From: a virus | Taxonomy: Duplodnaviria > Caudoviricetes | Direction: 5' to 3' (one strand) | Virus record (IMG/VR): IMGVR_UViG_3300032174_000008 | Coordinates: 1-52,775 of that record | DNA: 52,775 nucleotides | Part shown: positions 44,980 through 52,775 of the stretch, one piece after another | How positions within the stretch are numbered: position 1 is the stretch's first letter | How the letters are laid out: each line of letters starts with the position of its first letter | Position numbers and translations under genes: made by a program | The notes under the pieces: generated by a model | The model's input: only the letters and a program-made list of their open reading frames with translations | Database searches by the model: none | Told to the model about the DNA's origin: nothing

Positions 44980-45009
44980 AAACAGAACCGGGCGCAACGT
45001 TGCGCCCGG
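44980..45009 (-). terminator. Terminator after major capsid gene
   Basis: Perfect 22-bp palindrome CCGGGCGCAACGTTGCGCCCGG then TTCTGTTT. Confidence 0.8.
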
Positions 45010-45031
45010 AGTAATCGCTGAATTGCGAACT

Positions 45032-46663
45032 TTACGCAATGACCACGGGTGGGCTGCTTTGCCAGTCCACATAATAGGAAGTCTGCGCAGGCGCCGAGGT
45101 CCTCCCGCCGTCTTTGAAGTATTGTGAATTCGGATCGTATGACGCCACGTGCTGGAGCGGAGCGTATCCGACATTCTGAAGGCGACCTGCCAACTGTGGC
45201 ATATGCGTACGCACCCTAAAGCGGGTAACCGTGTCCCACTGAACGCAAGGTCCATTGTAGTATACGTACCAGCGGAAAATCCCGCCGTCGGTCGTGAACG
45301 TGTGCAGCAACCCGCCCTGCTGTACGACGTCATCCATGATCCCGTTCTCCCAGTTGAATGGCTGGATATACGATATTGGCATTTCGCCAAGCACACGGTA
45401 CGGCATGAAGTAGATACCACTGGCGTACTGTCCGGCGCTCAATTTGTTATTGTTGGTGACGTTGGTTTCGGTGATCGTGTCGTCCTGGATGACCTCGTAG
45501 GGCACGCCGCGAATCGGCAGGTACGACCCTTGCCGCATAGCGTTGCGCAAGTCAACGGTTTCCTTGCCGTCGATGGTCACGCGCCCGTTGTTGAAAGCGC
45601 CGATTGCGGTTAGGGCTTCGGTGTACTCGTACACCGGCCACACCTTGACGATTTCGTCAAACAAGTTCGGGTGAACGACGAACTTCCAGGTGCAGGGCAG
45701 CAGCCCCTGACGCTGGGCGTTCCACCAGCACGAGCGAACCATCATATCCATACGGCTGTAGAACGACTGCCCGTTTGAGCCGCTCGATACGATGGATGAT
45801 CCGAAGTCGTCAAGGTACGAGTCCAACGCGGTACACACGTTCTGGCTGAACACGTCCTTGTGATTGCCCTGGTTGATCTGAAGATCGAACCCTTCGATCT
45901 GCTGGTAGTTTTGCGACGTGCTGCTGTTTGCCGGGTTGCCCGCGTACGTCTGAGTGGCAAGCAACCGCTTGAGGCCAACGGCCATCACAAACGCGCGCTT
46001 TGAAAACTCATTCAAGAGGATTTGATTGCCGCCGCCCTGCCCCAACATTTGCGGGATCAGGTTGGTTTGTGGCGGGGCCATATTCATCAACTGGAGGTAC
46101 GTCGGGTCGGCGCGGTCACGCAATGTAGCGATGTTTTCGAGGTTCATTGAGAACGAACCGCGATACTTGCCAAACGGCATTGTCACCGTGCAAGCCTTGA
46201 GCAGTCCGGCTTCCGGCCCAACGGCGCATTGGGTAGTCGGTTGATTGGCTACCGAGTCCAGGTTGCCGGACGTTACACCGGTGATATAGGTGTGCAGCGG
46301 AGCCGAAAAGCCGCCGAACCCCTGATCGCCGCCGTCAAACTCCTGACCGAGTCCCTCGAAGATGATCGGCAAGTCGTCAATCAGCCCTTGCATCGGCAAC
46401 ATCATCGCGCTGAAGATTTGCGGCATTTGACCGGGCACGGAAAAGAGACCGCCATTACCATGGACATATGGTCCTACTGGATTTGCGCCAACACCCGTTG
46501 GATTGTTTTTGAAGCCGGTCATCTGGTCATCAGTTCCGGCCAGTTGTTTCTGCTGGAAGCTGAGCGGGATGTTTTTCGCGTTCTTGTTGGTAACGTGATA
46601 CGGATTATCGAACGGCGAAAACGGATTGAAACGGTGCGGTTGCTGTTGAACTTGTAGTGTCAT
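45032..46663 (-). CDS. Major capsid protein
   Basis: 543 aa, follows protease/scaffold, strongly biased codon use, downstream terminator. Confidence 0.8.
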   Translation of the reverse strand: MTLQVQQQPHRFNPFSPFDNPYHVTNKNAKNIPLSFQQKQLAGTDDQMTGFKNNPTGVGANPVGPYVHGNGGLFSVPGQMPQIFSAMMLPMQGLIDDLPIIFEGLGQEFDGGDQGFGGFSAPLHTYITGVTSGNLDSVANQPTTQCAVGPEAGLLKACTVTMPFGKYRGSFSMNLENIATLRDRADPTYLQLMNMAPPQTNLIPQMLGQGGGNQILLNEFSKRAFVMAVGLKRLLATQTYAGNPANSSTSQNYQQIEGFDLQINQGNHKDVFSQNVCTALDSYLDDFGSSIVSSGSNGQSFYSRMDMMVRSCWWNAQRQGLLPCTWKFVVHPNLFDEIVKVWPVYEYTEALTAIGAFNNGRVTIDGKETVDLRNAMRQGSYLPIRGVPYEVIQDDTITETNVTNNNKLSAGQYASGIYFMPYRVLGEMPISYIQPFNWENGIMDDVVQQGGLLHTFTTDGGIFRWYVYYNGPCVQWDTVTRFRVRTHMPQLAGRLQNVGYAPLQHVASYDPNSQYFKDGGRTSAPAQTSYYVDWQSSPPVVIA

Positions 46664-46666
46664 GAT

Positions 46667-48817
46667 TTAACCCCTGTGCCCGTTCTGGAATGCCGTGGGC
46701 AGTCCGATAAACGCCGCCATGTCAACCGCCTTGATGTTTTCGACGGGCGTGTTTGGTGCGGTATTGCCGCCGATACCTTCCATGCGTGCCTTGATTGACA
46801 CCAACGCCGGATCGTCGGGTGGCACTTGCGTATACGGCGAACGACTGGCCGGCGTCGGGTTGTACAACTCCTTTGCCAGCGCGTTGATACCCGCTTCAAG
46901 CCCGGCCTGTTTTTGATTGATAGCGACCAACGCCTGAGACACTTGACCCAACGCGTCACCAATAGCCTTATAGCCGGTTGCCAGTTCCTTCAGCCCGGTT
47001 TCGGGAGTGCGCGCTTTGCGTCGCGCCTTCTTTGCCGGTGGGGTGTCGTCTTCCTCATCCTCACCATCTTCGCCGTCGTCCTCACCGTCTGACGCGGCAG
47101 CGGCTTTTGCCGCTTTCAGTTGGCGCTTGAGCTTGGCGACTTCCTTCTTGAGCCGCCCGAATTCCTCGTCCTCATCCTCGTCGGTTTCCGGCTCGTCTTC
47201 GGGATTATTCTGTTCTTCTTCGGTGACTGGTTGACCTTGACGCCCGGTTTTGGGCAGCGGCTCATCAGTCTTGGTCTTCTGACCGGCAAGGATCAAAACG
47301 GCGTTCTTGAGAGCCTTCACGTCTGAGGCAAGGTCGCTTTCCTCTGCGTCAACCTCCTTAAAGCTCGTTTCGATCTGGTCTAAGGCACGCGATTTCGTGC
47401 CAGCGGTTGCAAGCAGTTGTTTGGCTAGGGCGGGGCCTAAACGCCGTTCCAACTCCTTGCGCTTTTGCGCGGTTACTGTCATTTCCTTGAACTCCTCTAA
47501 GTTTGCAAACCCCGTCCATAAGTTCGCCGCCATATCGCTAGGCAACGGCGAAATTTCAAACGGCGTGTAATCGTGGTACACACCATCGACCAAAGCTGAT
47601 CGCGGGTAGAGATACCCGAATGAAACCAAATCATCGTCAGGCGCGGCGTTGACGTAGTATTCTTTCATAGCCTGGCTGAACTCGTCAGGCCAGAATTCGC
47701 CCGCCGCCATAACCACATGCCCCTCACGTCCCAACCAGAACGCCTCACCGTGATATGCTTTGCAGTGCCAGTAATCAAGTTTGGGCATAGGCGCCAGTCC
47801 GCTATCGATACGCTCAATCGCTTTGTCATGCGCCTTTTCAGCGAACCATTCGCCGTCACGGTCTTGCGCGTTATTCGAGTAGAACGCGACCCAGTACTGG
47901 TTGTCCGGCCCGAACGTCTTGAATCCGGTGGTGATGTCTAACGGCGGGTTGTGCCACTCAACTATGCCAAGCGCCTGTTTGACCGCCGTCTTGATGACTT
48001 CAATCAGTCCCGGTCGGTCAACTTCCTTGCCGCCGTCTACCACCGTTACCGGCTGTGCGTTTGCCGCGTCTTCCTCGTCGTCGTCTAGTTCGCGCAACCA
48101 CAGATTGCAAAGTCCCGGCGCTACGATGTCCCCAGCAACCAATCGGCAAGCTGCGTCATCAGCATCGAAGAATGCACAGTTCGCGCAAGCCGATGTCTTG
48201 TCGCCGCCCGTCGGCTCATACTGCACACGCGGATCATCGGGATCGAGTTTCGGTGTGAGTGTGTCACCCAGATAATCGTCACCATCATCGTCGAATTGCA
48301 CCGGGCTAGGATTGGACTGTTCAGCGAGTGGCGACCAACCGCCGCCGAATAGCGACTTTTTACCGTGCTTGGCTAACTCGGCGTGCAGGTCGGCTTTGTC
48401 GCTTTCGTCGTTTGCCAGTCGTCCGATACGCGCGTGGATGCGACTGAGCGCCTGCTTGCGATCTTCCGGTGACAAATCGGCGGCATGACCATGTGGGGCG
48501 CTAGCGTCAGAACCAAGCGCGGCAATGGCTAAGCCGAGGTGCTTACGGTCCTGGATCGGCAGCTTCCACGTTGACGGCTTATCCGGGTCAGGCACAACCG
48601 CGTAATCCTCACTCGAAGTCGGACGGCCCGCGCCCTGCTTAAAATCAAGTTCCTTCTTTTTCGGCTTGGTCGACTCGTTGGCGTACAGCGCCTTGATTTG
48701 AGCCGCCGCATGATGTCGGCTCGGATGTGTGCCGAGTGCCGGGCCTGACGGCTTGCCATCAGCGCCTTTTTTATGCACCTTAAACTTGTCGCCATGAGGA
48801 ACAATCATATATGGCAT
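46667..48817 (-). CDS. Prohead protease/scaffold with extra N-terminal domains
   Basis: DRDGEWF...YWH...VSFGY...EISPLP..AAN protease motifs; acidic coiled-coil C-terminus. Confidence 0.75.
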   Translation of the reverse strand: MPYMIVPHGDKFKVHKKGADGKPSGPALGTHPSRHHAAAQIKALYANESTKPKKKELDFKQGAGRPTSSEDYAVVPDPDKPSTWKLPIQDRKHLGLAIAALGSDASAPHGHAADLSPEDRKQALSRIHARIGRLANDESDKADLHAELAKHGKKSLFGGGWSPLAEQSNPSPVQFDDDGDDYLGDTLTPKLDPDDPRVQYEPTGGDKTSACANCAFFDADDAACRLVAGDIVAPGLCNLWLRELDDDEEDAANAQPVTVVDGGKEVDRPGLIEVIKTAVKQALGIVEWHNPPLDITTGFKTFGPDNQYWVAFYSNNAQDRDGEWFAEKAHDKAIERIDSGLAPMPKLDYWHCKAYHGEAFWLGREGHVVMAAGEFWPDEFSQAMKEYYVNAAPDDDLVSFGYLYPRSALVDGVYHDYTPFEISPLPSDMAANLWTGFANLEEFKEMTVTAQKRKELERRLGPALAKQLLATAGTKSRALDQIETSFKEVDAEESDLASDVKALKNAVLILAGQKTKTDEPLPKTGRQGQPVTEEEQNNPEDEPETDEDEDEEFGRLKKEVAKLKRQLKAAKAAAASDGEDDGEDGEDEEDDTPPAKKARRKARTPETGLKELATGYKAIGDALGQVSQALVAINQKQAGLEAGINALAKELYNPTPASRSPYTQVPPDDPALVSIKARMEGIGGNTAPNTPVENIKAVDMAAFIGLPTAFQNGHRG

Positions 48818-49318
48818 CTAACTCACCTTTGCCGCTGCTTGATTAATCAGCGATACGATCAACGCTTCAAATCCGGCTTGCCGCTTATCGACAATCGCCT
48901 GATCAAATTCACGCCCTTCGCTACCCGGATGATGCACCCCAGCGCTAAACACGTCGTTGCCAAATGCCCCGCCGGATTGCGAACCGACCACGCGCTTAAC
49001 CGTTTTTGCCGTGTAACCGCTCATGAAGTGCAGTTTTTTGGCTTTAACCGGGAATATGTCATGCGGGATTGTGCCATTGTTCACATATCCGTACACTTCG
49101 TTATCGGTCCACACAGAGCCGACAATATCCGATCCCTGGTATGCGGCCCGGTCAACGTTGAAGTCCGGTGCTGATTTCCACGTAGCGGTTGTGCTGTCGA
49201 AGTCCGGTTTGATCATCGTGCTGGTTGCCTGATCGACTGCATCCATCAGCAACGACTCGCCAAGCGCCAGCCACGCCGCCGCCATATCAGGAGGTACGAT
49301 AGCGGTAAACTGAGTCAT
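48818..49318 (-). CDS. HK97 gp10-like head-tail protein
   Basis: YVNNGT.PH.I.P...KKLHF...VHHPG. Confidence 0.65.
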   Translation of the reverse strand: MTQFTAIVPPDMAAAWLALGESLLMDAVDQATSTMIKPDFDSTTATWKSAPDFNVDRAAYQGSDIVGSVWTDNEVYGYVNNGTIPHDIFPVKAKKLHFMSGYTAKTVKRVVGSQSGGAFGNDVFSAGVHHPGSEGREFDQAIVDKRQAGFEALIVSLINQAAAKVS

Positions 49319-51489
49319 GATACGTCCATTCCCCAGCTAACGGTACACCGACAATTCGACCCGCAATCATCCGAGCCGTCCCCTGGAACACCCACGCTAT
49401 TCGCCATATCTTCCCAACTATCGTATACCCCCGCCTTGTCAGGACACGTTGCGCAATGTTCAGCCGTCGGGTCTAAGTGCCGTTCGACTTGCTGGTTATC
49501 GCCGTCTTGTCTGAAGAAGTCGCCAACACCCTGCCACAACGACTCCCAAAAATGCCCGGCATACTGGCCTATCCGGTTCACAAACCCCGCCGCAAGGTCG
49601 CTAAACGCCTTGTTGCCGACTTCCTTTGTGTTGCTGAGGACGGCGCTTTTCAGGTCGTCCAACATGCCGTCAAAGTAATCGTTCGACTTGTTCTTAATCA
49701 ACTGTAGCTTGCGCTTGCCGAGTGCCGATGCACCTGGCGAATTGCCGCCGCTACCGTGGTCGAGTCCGGTGTTGAACGCCGCCGATAGCCCGCTGTTGGC
49801 AAGGGTCAGGTAATTGGCGCGCAGTTCGGCTAACCGGCTGTCAAGGTCACTTTCGCTTGACGGTGTGCCGCCATCGAAGAAGTCCTGCATCAGTCCCTTG
49901 AGCCGATCCTGGTAGGCGTTTGTGCGCGCGTGGAAGCGGGTTACATCGGGTTGCTTGCTTGCCGCCTTCTTAGCGGGTTTCATATCGCTAGTCGCCATAC
50001 GCGGCGTTGGTTTCGGCTGCTGTGGCGGCGGCGGCTTGATACCACCGGGCGGCACTGGCGACGTTGCACCAAGCGCGGCTGGCGGTTTCGCTAATTGTGG
50101 TGGGCCTTGTTGGGCGGGTACGGTAGTCTGTTGCACCGGCACTTGTTCTTCGGTGTACGGTTGCTCAGTGCTGGCCGGCTCTGCGCTTTCGGCTGACTGC
50201 ACGTTCTCAATAACATCTGGGTCAATCACGCCCGCGTTAACGAGCAGTGCCGTACCTTGCTCTGTGCTGATGTTCCCGGCTTGCTGCATCGTGCTCACGT
50301 TGGTAATGACCTGGAAATGGTATTGCGCCGTTGCCATTTGTTCGGCGTCGTCGGTGTAATCGAATTCCACCTCGCAGCCCAGCGCGTCAAGCACACCCCA
50401 GTTCAGCGCCCGCTCAATAGTGCTGGTAACATCGGCAATACCCTTGCCGCGCGCCTTTTCGTGCTGTACGGTTGCATCGGCTTTGGTTGCACCGCTACCC
50501 TGCCCCGGCCAGAACTCGCGCACATCAGTGCCGAACGCCAGCGCCAGGACGTTAACGTATGTTTCGGTGTCCGTCTTGGCATCAAATCCATCGGGCAAAT
50601 GGGCCAGGTCAATAATACTGGTTTTAATCTCCTGATTGACCGACACAAGCCACGGGATACCACGATACCGGGTAAACCCCTGGTTATCGTCAACTTCTTT
50701 GCTGGCGTCAATCGACGCGTTGAACTGTTTCGGCGTTAAACCGGAAGCAGTGCCGAGTGCCCTCGTGAACCGCCCGCCCACCTTCTCATGCTTAAAAATC
50801 TCAATATCACGTTCGATCTGGGCAAAACGCAAACAACGGCTCACTGCACAGAAGCCGATCCCGCGTGCCAGTTCGTCGGGTTGCGGACAACTTGACCCGG
50901 TGATAATCCGGCTGTAGTGCATTTTGTGGTAGGCGCCAGTGTATGGGTTAATGTAGATGACTGGGTATTCGGGATCGAACGTGCGCCACACCTGTTGGCT
51001 GTCCATTGTCGATAAATAAGTAACCAATCGCGGGTTGAGCGGCTTGTCCGGTCTACCGGGGCCAACACGCTCAATGAAAAACCCGTTGTCGGTGGTCAAC
51101 ATGTCGATCACGAGCTTTTGCAAGTCCAGCGCGTGCAACATGTCGGTCGCTTTAGCTTTGTTGCGCGGCGGCCCGTTGATCTTCGCTGGCAACGCTGATA
51201 TGCGCGCGCTGAACGAGTACACGCCGCCACTCAGGATCGCTTCAGTTTTCCAGAACGCGCGCAACTGCCGATCCCGCCGCATAGGGTAGTATCCCCACTG
51301 CACAATCTCGTCGGCAGCCTGCTGAAGCCCAAGAAACAGCGTACCGCCGCCCCACCATGCGCCCTCGAAACCGGGGCCAATGCCGGGCGCTGATGAACTG
51401 TCCCAGGGTGATTTTCGGGCGCGCGCTTGTACCGACTGCTGTTGTAAATCGGTTAAAACCGCATCTTCGATAGTGGCGTCTGCTGGCAA
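49315..51489 (-). CDS. Portal protein with C-terminal MuF-like domain
   Basis: Downstream of terL; ALAFGTDVREFW portal-like segment; C-terminal HCATC...CGSNCRC. Confidence 0.8.
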   Translation of the reverse strand: MPADATIEDAVLTDLQQQSVQARARKSPWDSSSAPGIGPGFEGAWWGGGTLFLGLQQAADEIVQWGYYPMRRDRQLRAFWKTEAILSGGVYSFSARISALPAKINGPPRNKAKATDMLHALDLQKLVIDMLTTDNGFFIERVGPGRPDKPLNPRLVTYLSTMDSQQVWRTFDPEYPVIYINPYTGAYHKMHYSRIITGSSCPQPDELARGIGFCAVSRCLRFAQIERDIEIFKHEKVGGRFTRALGTASGLTPKQFNASIDASKEVDDNQGFTRYRGIPWLVSVNQEIKTSIIDLAHLPDGFDAKTDTETYVNVLALAFGTDVREFWPGQGSGATKADATVQHEKARGKGIADVTSTIERALNWGVLDALGCEVEFDYTDDAEQMATAQYHFQVITNVSTMQQAGNISTEQGTALLVNAGVIDPDVIENVQSAESAEPASTEQPYTEEQVPVQQTTVPAQQGPPQLAKPPAALGATSPVPPGGIKPPPPQQPKPTPRMATSDMKPAKKAASKQPDVTRFHARTNAYQDRLKGLMQDFFDGGTPSSESDLDSRLAELRANYLTLANSGLSAAFNTGLDHGSGGNSPGASALGKRKLQLIKNKSNDYFDGMLDDLKSAVLSNTKEVGNKAFSDLAAGFVNRIGQYAGHFWESLWQGVGDFFRQDGDNQQVERHLDPTAEHCATCPDKAGVYDSWEDMANSVGVPGDGSDDCGSNCRCTVSWGMDVS

Positions 51490-51492
51490 CTG

Positions 51493-51538
51493 AAAAACTC
51501 CTAAGCATAAGCATAGGAGTCAAGCGTTATCTTGTGAA
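51493..51538 (-). promoter_or_regulatory. Overlapping promoter, terminator and SD in the portal leader
   Basis: TTCACA-N17-TATGCT; ACTCCTA/TAGGAGT hairpin plus T-run containing the SD. Confidence 0.55.
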
Positions 51539-51557
51539 GGTGGACAGTTGTACGAGT

Positions 51558-51884
51558 TTAACGGTTGCCGGGAACCGGGATTATCGCGGCACTACGCCAT
51601 GCGTTAGCCGATAGATCGACTTCACTCATCGGCGGATTGATGTTATCAAGGTACCACTGCGGCGGTAAATACTGAGCGCCGACGATACACAGTTTGCCGT
51701 TCAGCCGTTCGGCAATGCCATAGCGGAACATATTTTGTATGTGATGCTCAACGCCTGAGTGAGCTTTATTGAAGTGTTCGCCAATTTCACGTAATGTCGG
51801 ACTGTTGCCGCCATGCTCGATAGCGTATGATACGCACCATGCGGAGATTGAGAACATTACATGCGGGCGTCTGATTGAATTCAC
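51558..51884 (-). CDS. LexA-type winged-helix DNA-binding protein
   Basis: GNSPTLREIGEHF...SGVEHHIQNMFRYGIAER; no peptidase domain. Confidence 0.75.
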   Translation of the reverse strand: MNSIRRPHVMFSISAWCVSYAIEHGGNSPTLREIGEHFNKAHSGVEHHIQNMFRYGIAERLNGKLCIVGAQYLPPQWYLDNINPPMSEVDLSANAWRSAAIIPVPGNR

Positions 51885-52090
51885 GTTTTATCTAAAACTT
51901 TTTCCGGTATTTGCAATCCGCAACGATAACAACGCCAACCGCCAACGAGATGCACGAACTGATGCTGGCAGTCGTTGAATAGTTCAGAAGGTACACCCAA
52001 CGACAATGCGACATACTCCCGCGCTATTTTATCTAGTTCGATCCACTTCTTATCGGCTTCACTTGGTTCAATCGGCTTAAACTCAGCCAT
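51881..52090 (-). CDS. Small zinc-ribbon hypothetical protein
   Basis: CQHQF...CYRCG; GGAG SD. Confidence 0.55.
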   Translation of the reverse strand: MAEFKPIEPSEADKKWIELDKIAREYVALSLGVPSELFNDCQHQFVHLVGGWRCYRCGLQIPEKVLDKT

Positions 52091-52092
52091 TC

Positions 52093-52775
52093 TCACTCCG
52101 GCAAATAGAATCTTGCTCTGTCGTCGCACATCGACAATGCTACCGCCAAATCGATTTTTAAGCTAAGCGACCGCTTGACAATGCGCAATGTGTTCTTGTC
52201 CTCAGCCGTGCTGTTGGCGTTCTGAAGATGTTCCCGCATATCGGGAAAGTCGCCGTTGTGGACAATCCGCCGTGCCATAATGTTATCGTACAGCGCCTTG
52301 TCAGCGATCAAGCGCGGCTTTTCCTGCTGGAATTCCTCAAACGCCGCCAACCCTTCAATCGACAAATCAGTAACAAAGCTATGTAGCTGATACGGGTCAT
52401 AGCAAACGATCACCACGTTGTACTCAGTACACAGCCAGCGCAACACGCCCTCAGGGTAATCGCGGTCAGCAGGATCGGCGGGGTTGCGATATTGGATCTT
52501 GCCATTGACCGGCAACCAGCGCCGGGCATAGCGCAGTGCCGTTTTATCGTCATGCCGTGATAGACAACATATGGCGAAACAATCATTACTTACCGCCGCG
52601 TCCAGAGCAACCACAACCTCCCTGTAACGGTTGAGCGCTGGCAACTCGGCAACCTTGCACGCGTCCCACCATTCGATCTGGATAAACGACTGCGTACTGC
52701 TTACCCATTGGTTATGGTGTATGCGCTCGAATTCGTTGGGTAACAGCTGCTGGGCTTCCGATTCATAGTAACTCG
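52093..52775 (-). CDS. terL: Terminase large subunit, C-terminal nuclease part
   Basis: VVALDAAVSNDCFA...YDPYQ...HNGD...HLQNA...KIDLAVALSM RNase H-like motifs. Confidence 0.92.
   Translation of the reverse strand, partial: SYYESEAQQLLPNEFERIHHNQWVSSTQSFIQIEWWDACKVAELPALNRYREVVVALDAAVSNDCFAICCLSRHDDKTALRYARRWLPVNGKIQYRNPADPADRDYPEGVLRWLCTEYNVVIVCYDPYQLHSFVTDLSIEGLAAFEEFQQEKPRLIADKALYDNIMARRIVHNGDFPDMREHLQNANSTAEDKNTLRIVKRSLSLKIDLAVALSMCDDRARFYLPE
52649..52775. repeat. Terminal direct repeat, copy 2
   Basis: Identical to 1-127. Confidence 0.97.

Noticed and set aside
47288-47299. Extra AAGGATCAAAAC match to the 7.8 kb sRNA
   Set aside because: On the non-coding strand of the scaffold gene with no start downstream; shows that chance matches occur
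52649-52775. 127-bp repeat as a biological terminal repeat
   Set aside because: Length equals a common assembler k-mer and it falls mid-terL; best read as a circular overlap
1-52775. tRNA genes, reverse transcriptase/DGR, alternative genetic code
   Set aside because: No cloverleaf or RT motif noticed; standard code gives dense, uninterrupted genes

Overview
The window is an apparently complete, circularly permuted tailed-phage genome of about 52,648 bp. Bases 1-127 repeat exactly at 52649-52775, and the large terminase ORF reads through the junction. The minus strand carries a siphovirus-type late operon: terS, terL, portal with a MuF-like C-terminus, multidomain protease/scaffold, major capsid, a ~12 kb insert (glycosyltransferases, SAM methyltransferases, LamG protein, exonuclease, HNH and GIY-YIG endonucleases), adaptor, tail tube with beta-propeller, +1-frameshifted chaperone, tape measure, tail tip and lysis genes. 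A divergent early/replication region (2.3-17.7 kb) encodes a C5 methylase, an initiator with iterons, a primase-helicase, an SNF2-methylase fusion and MazG. I see no integrase or CI-type repressor. The most unusual signal is a dense RNA-based control layer. At least six genes have an antisense promoter written into their first codons plus a leader hairpin that could terminate the antisense RNA. Four stand-alone small RNAs have single-stranded regions complementary to translation-initiation regions; one matches an AAGGATCAA box found before five to seven start codons. There are also two stand-alone structured ncRNAs, one with kissing loops. All calls come from reading motifs by eye; no database search was run.
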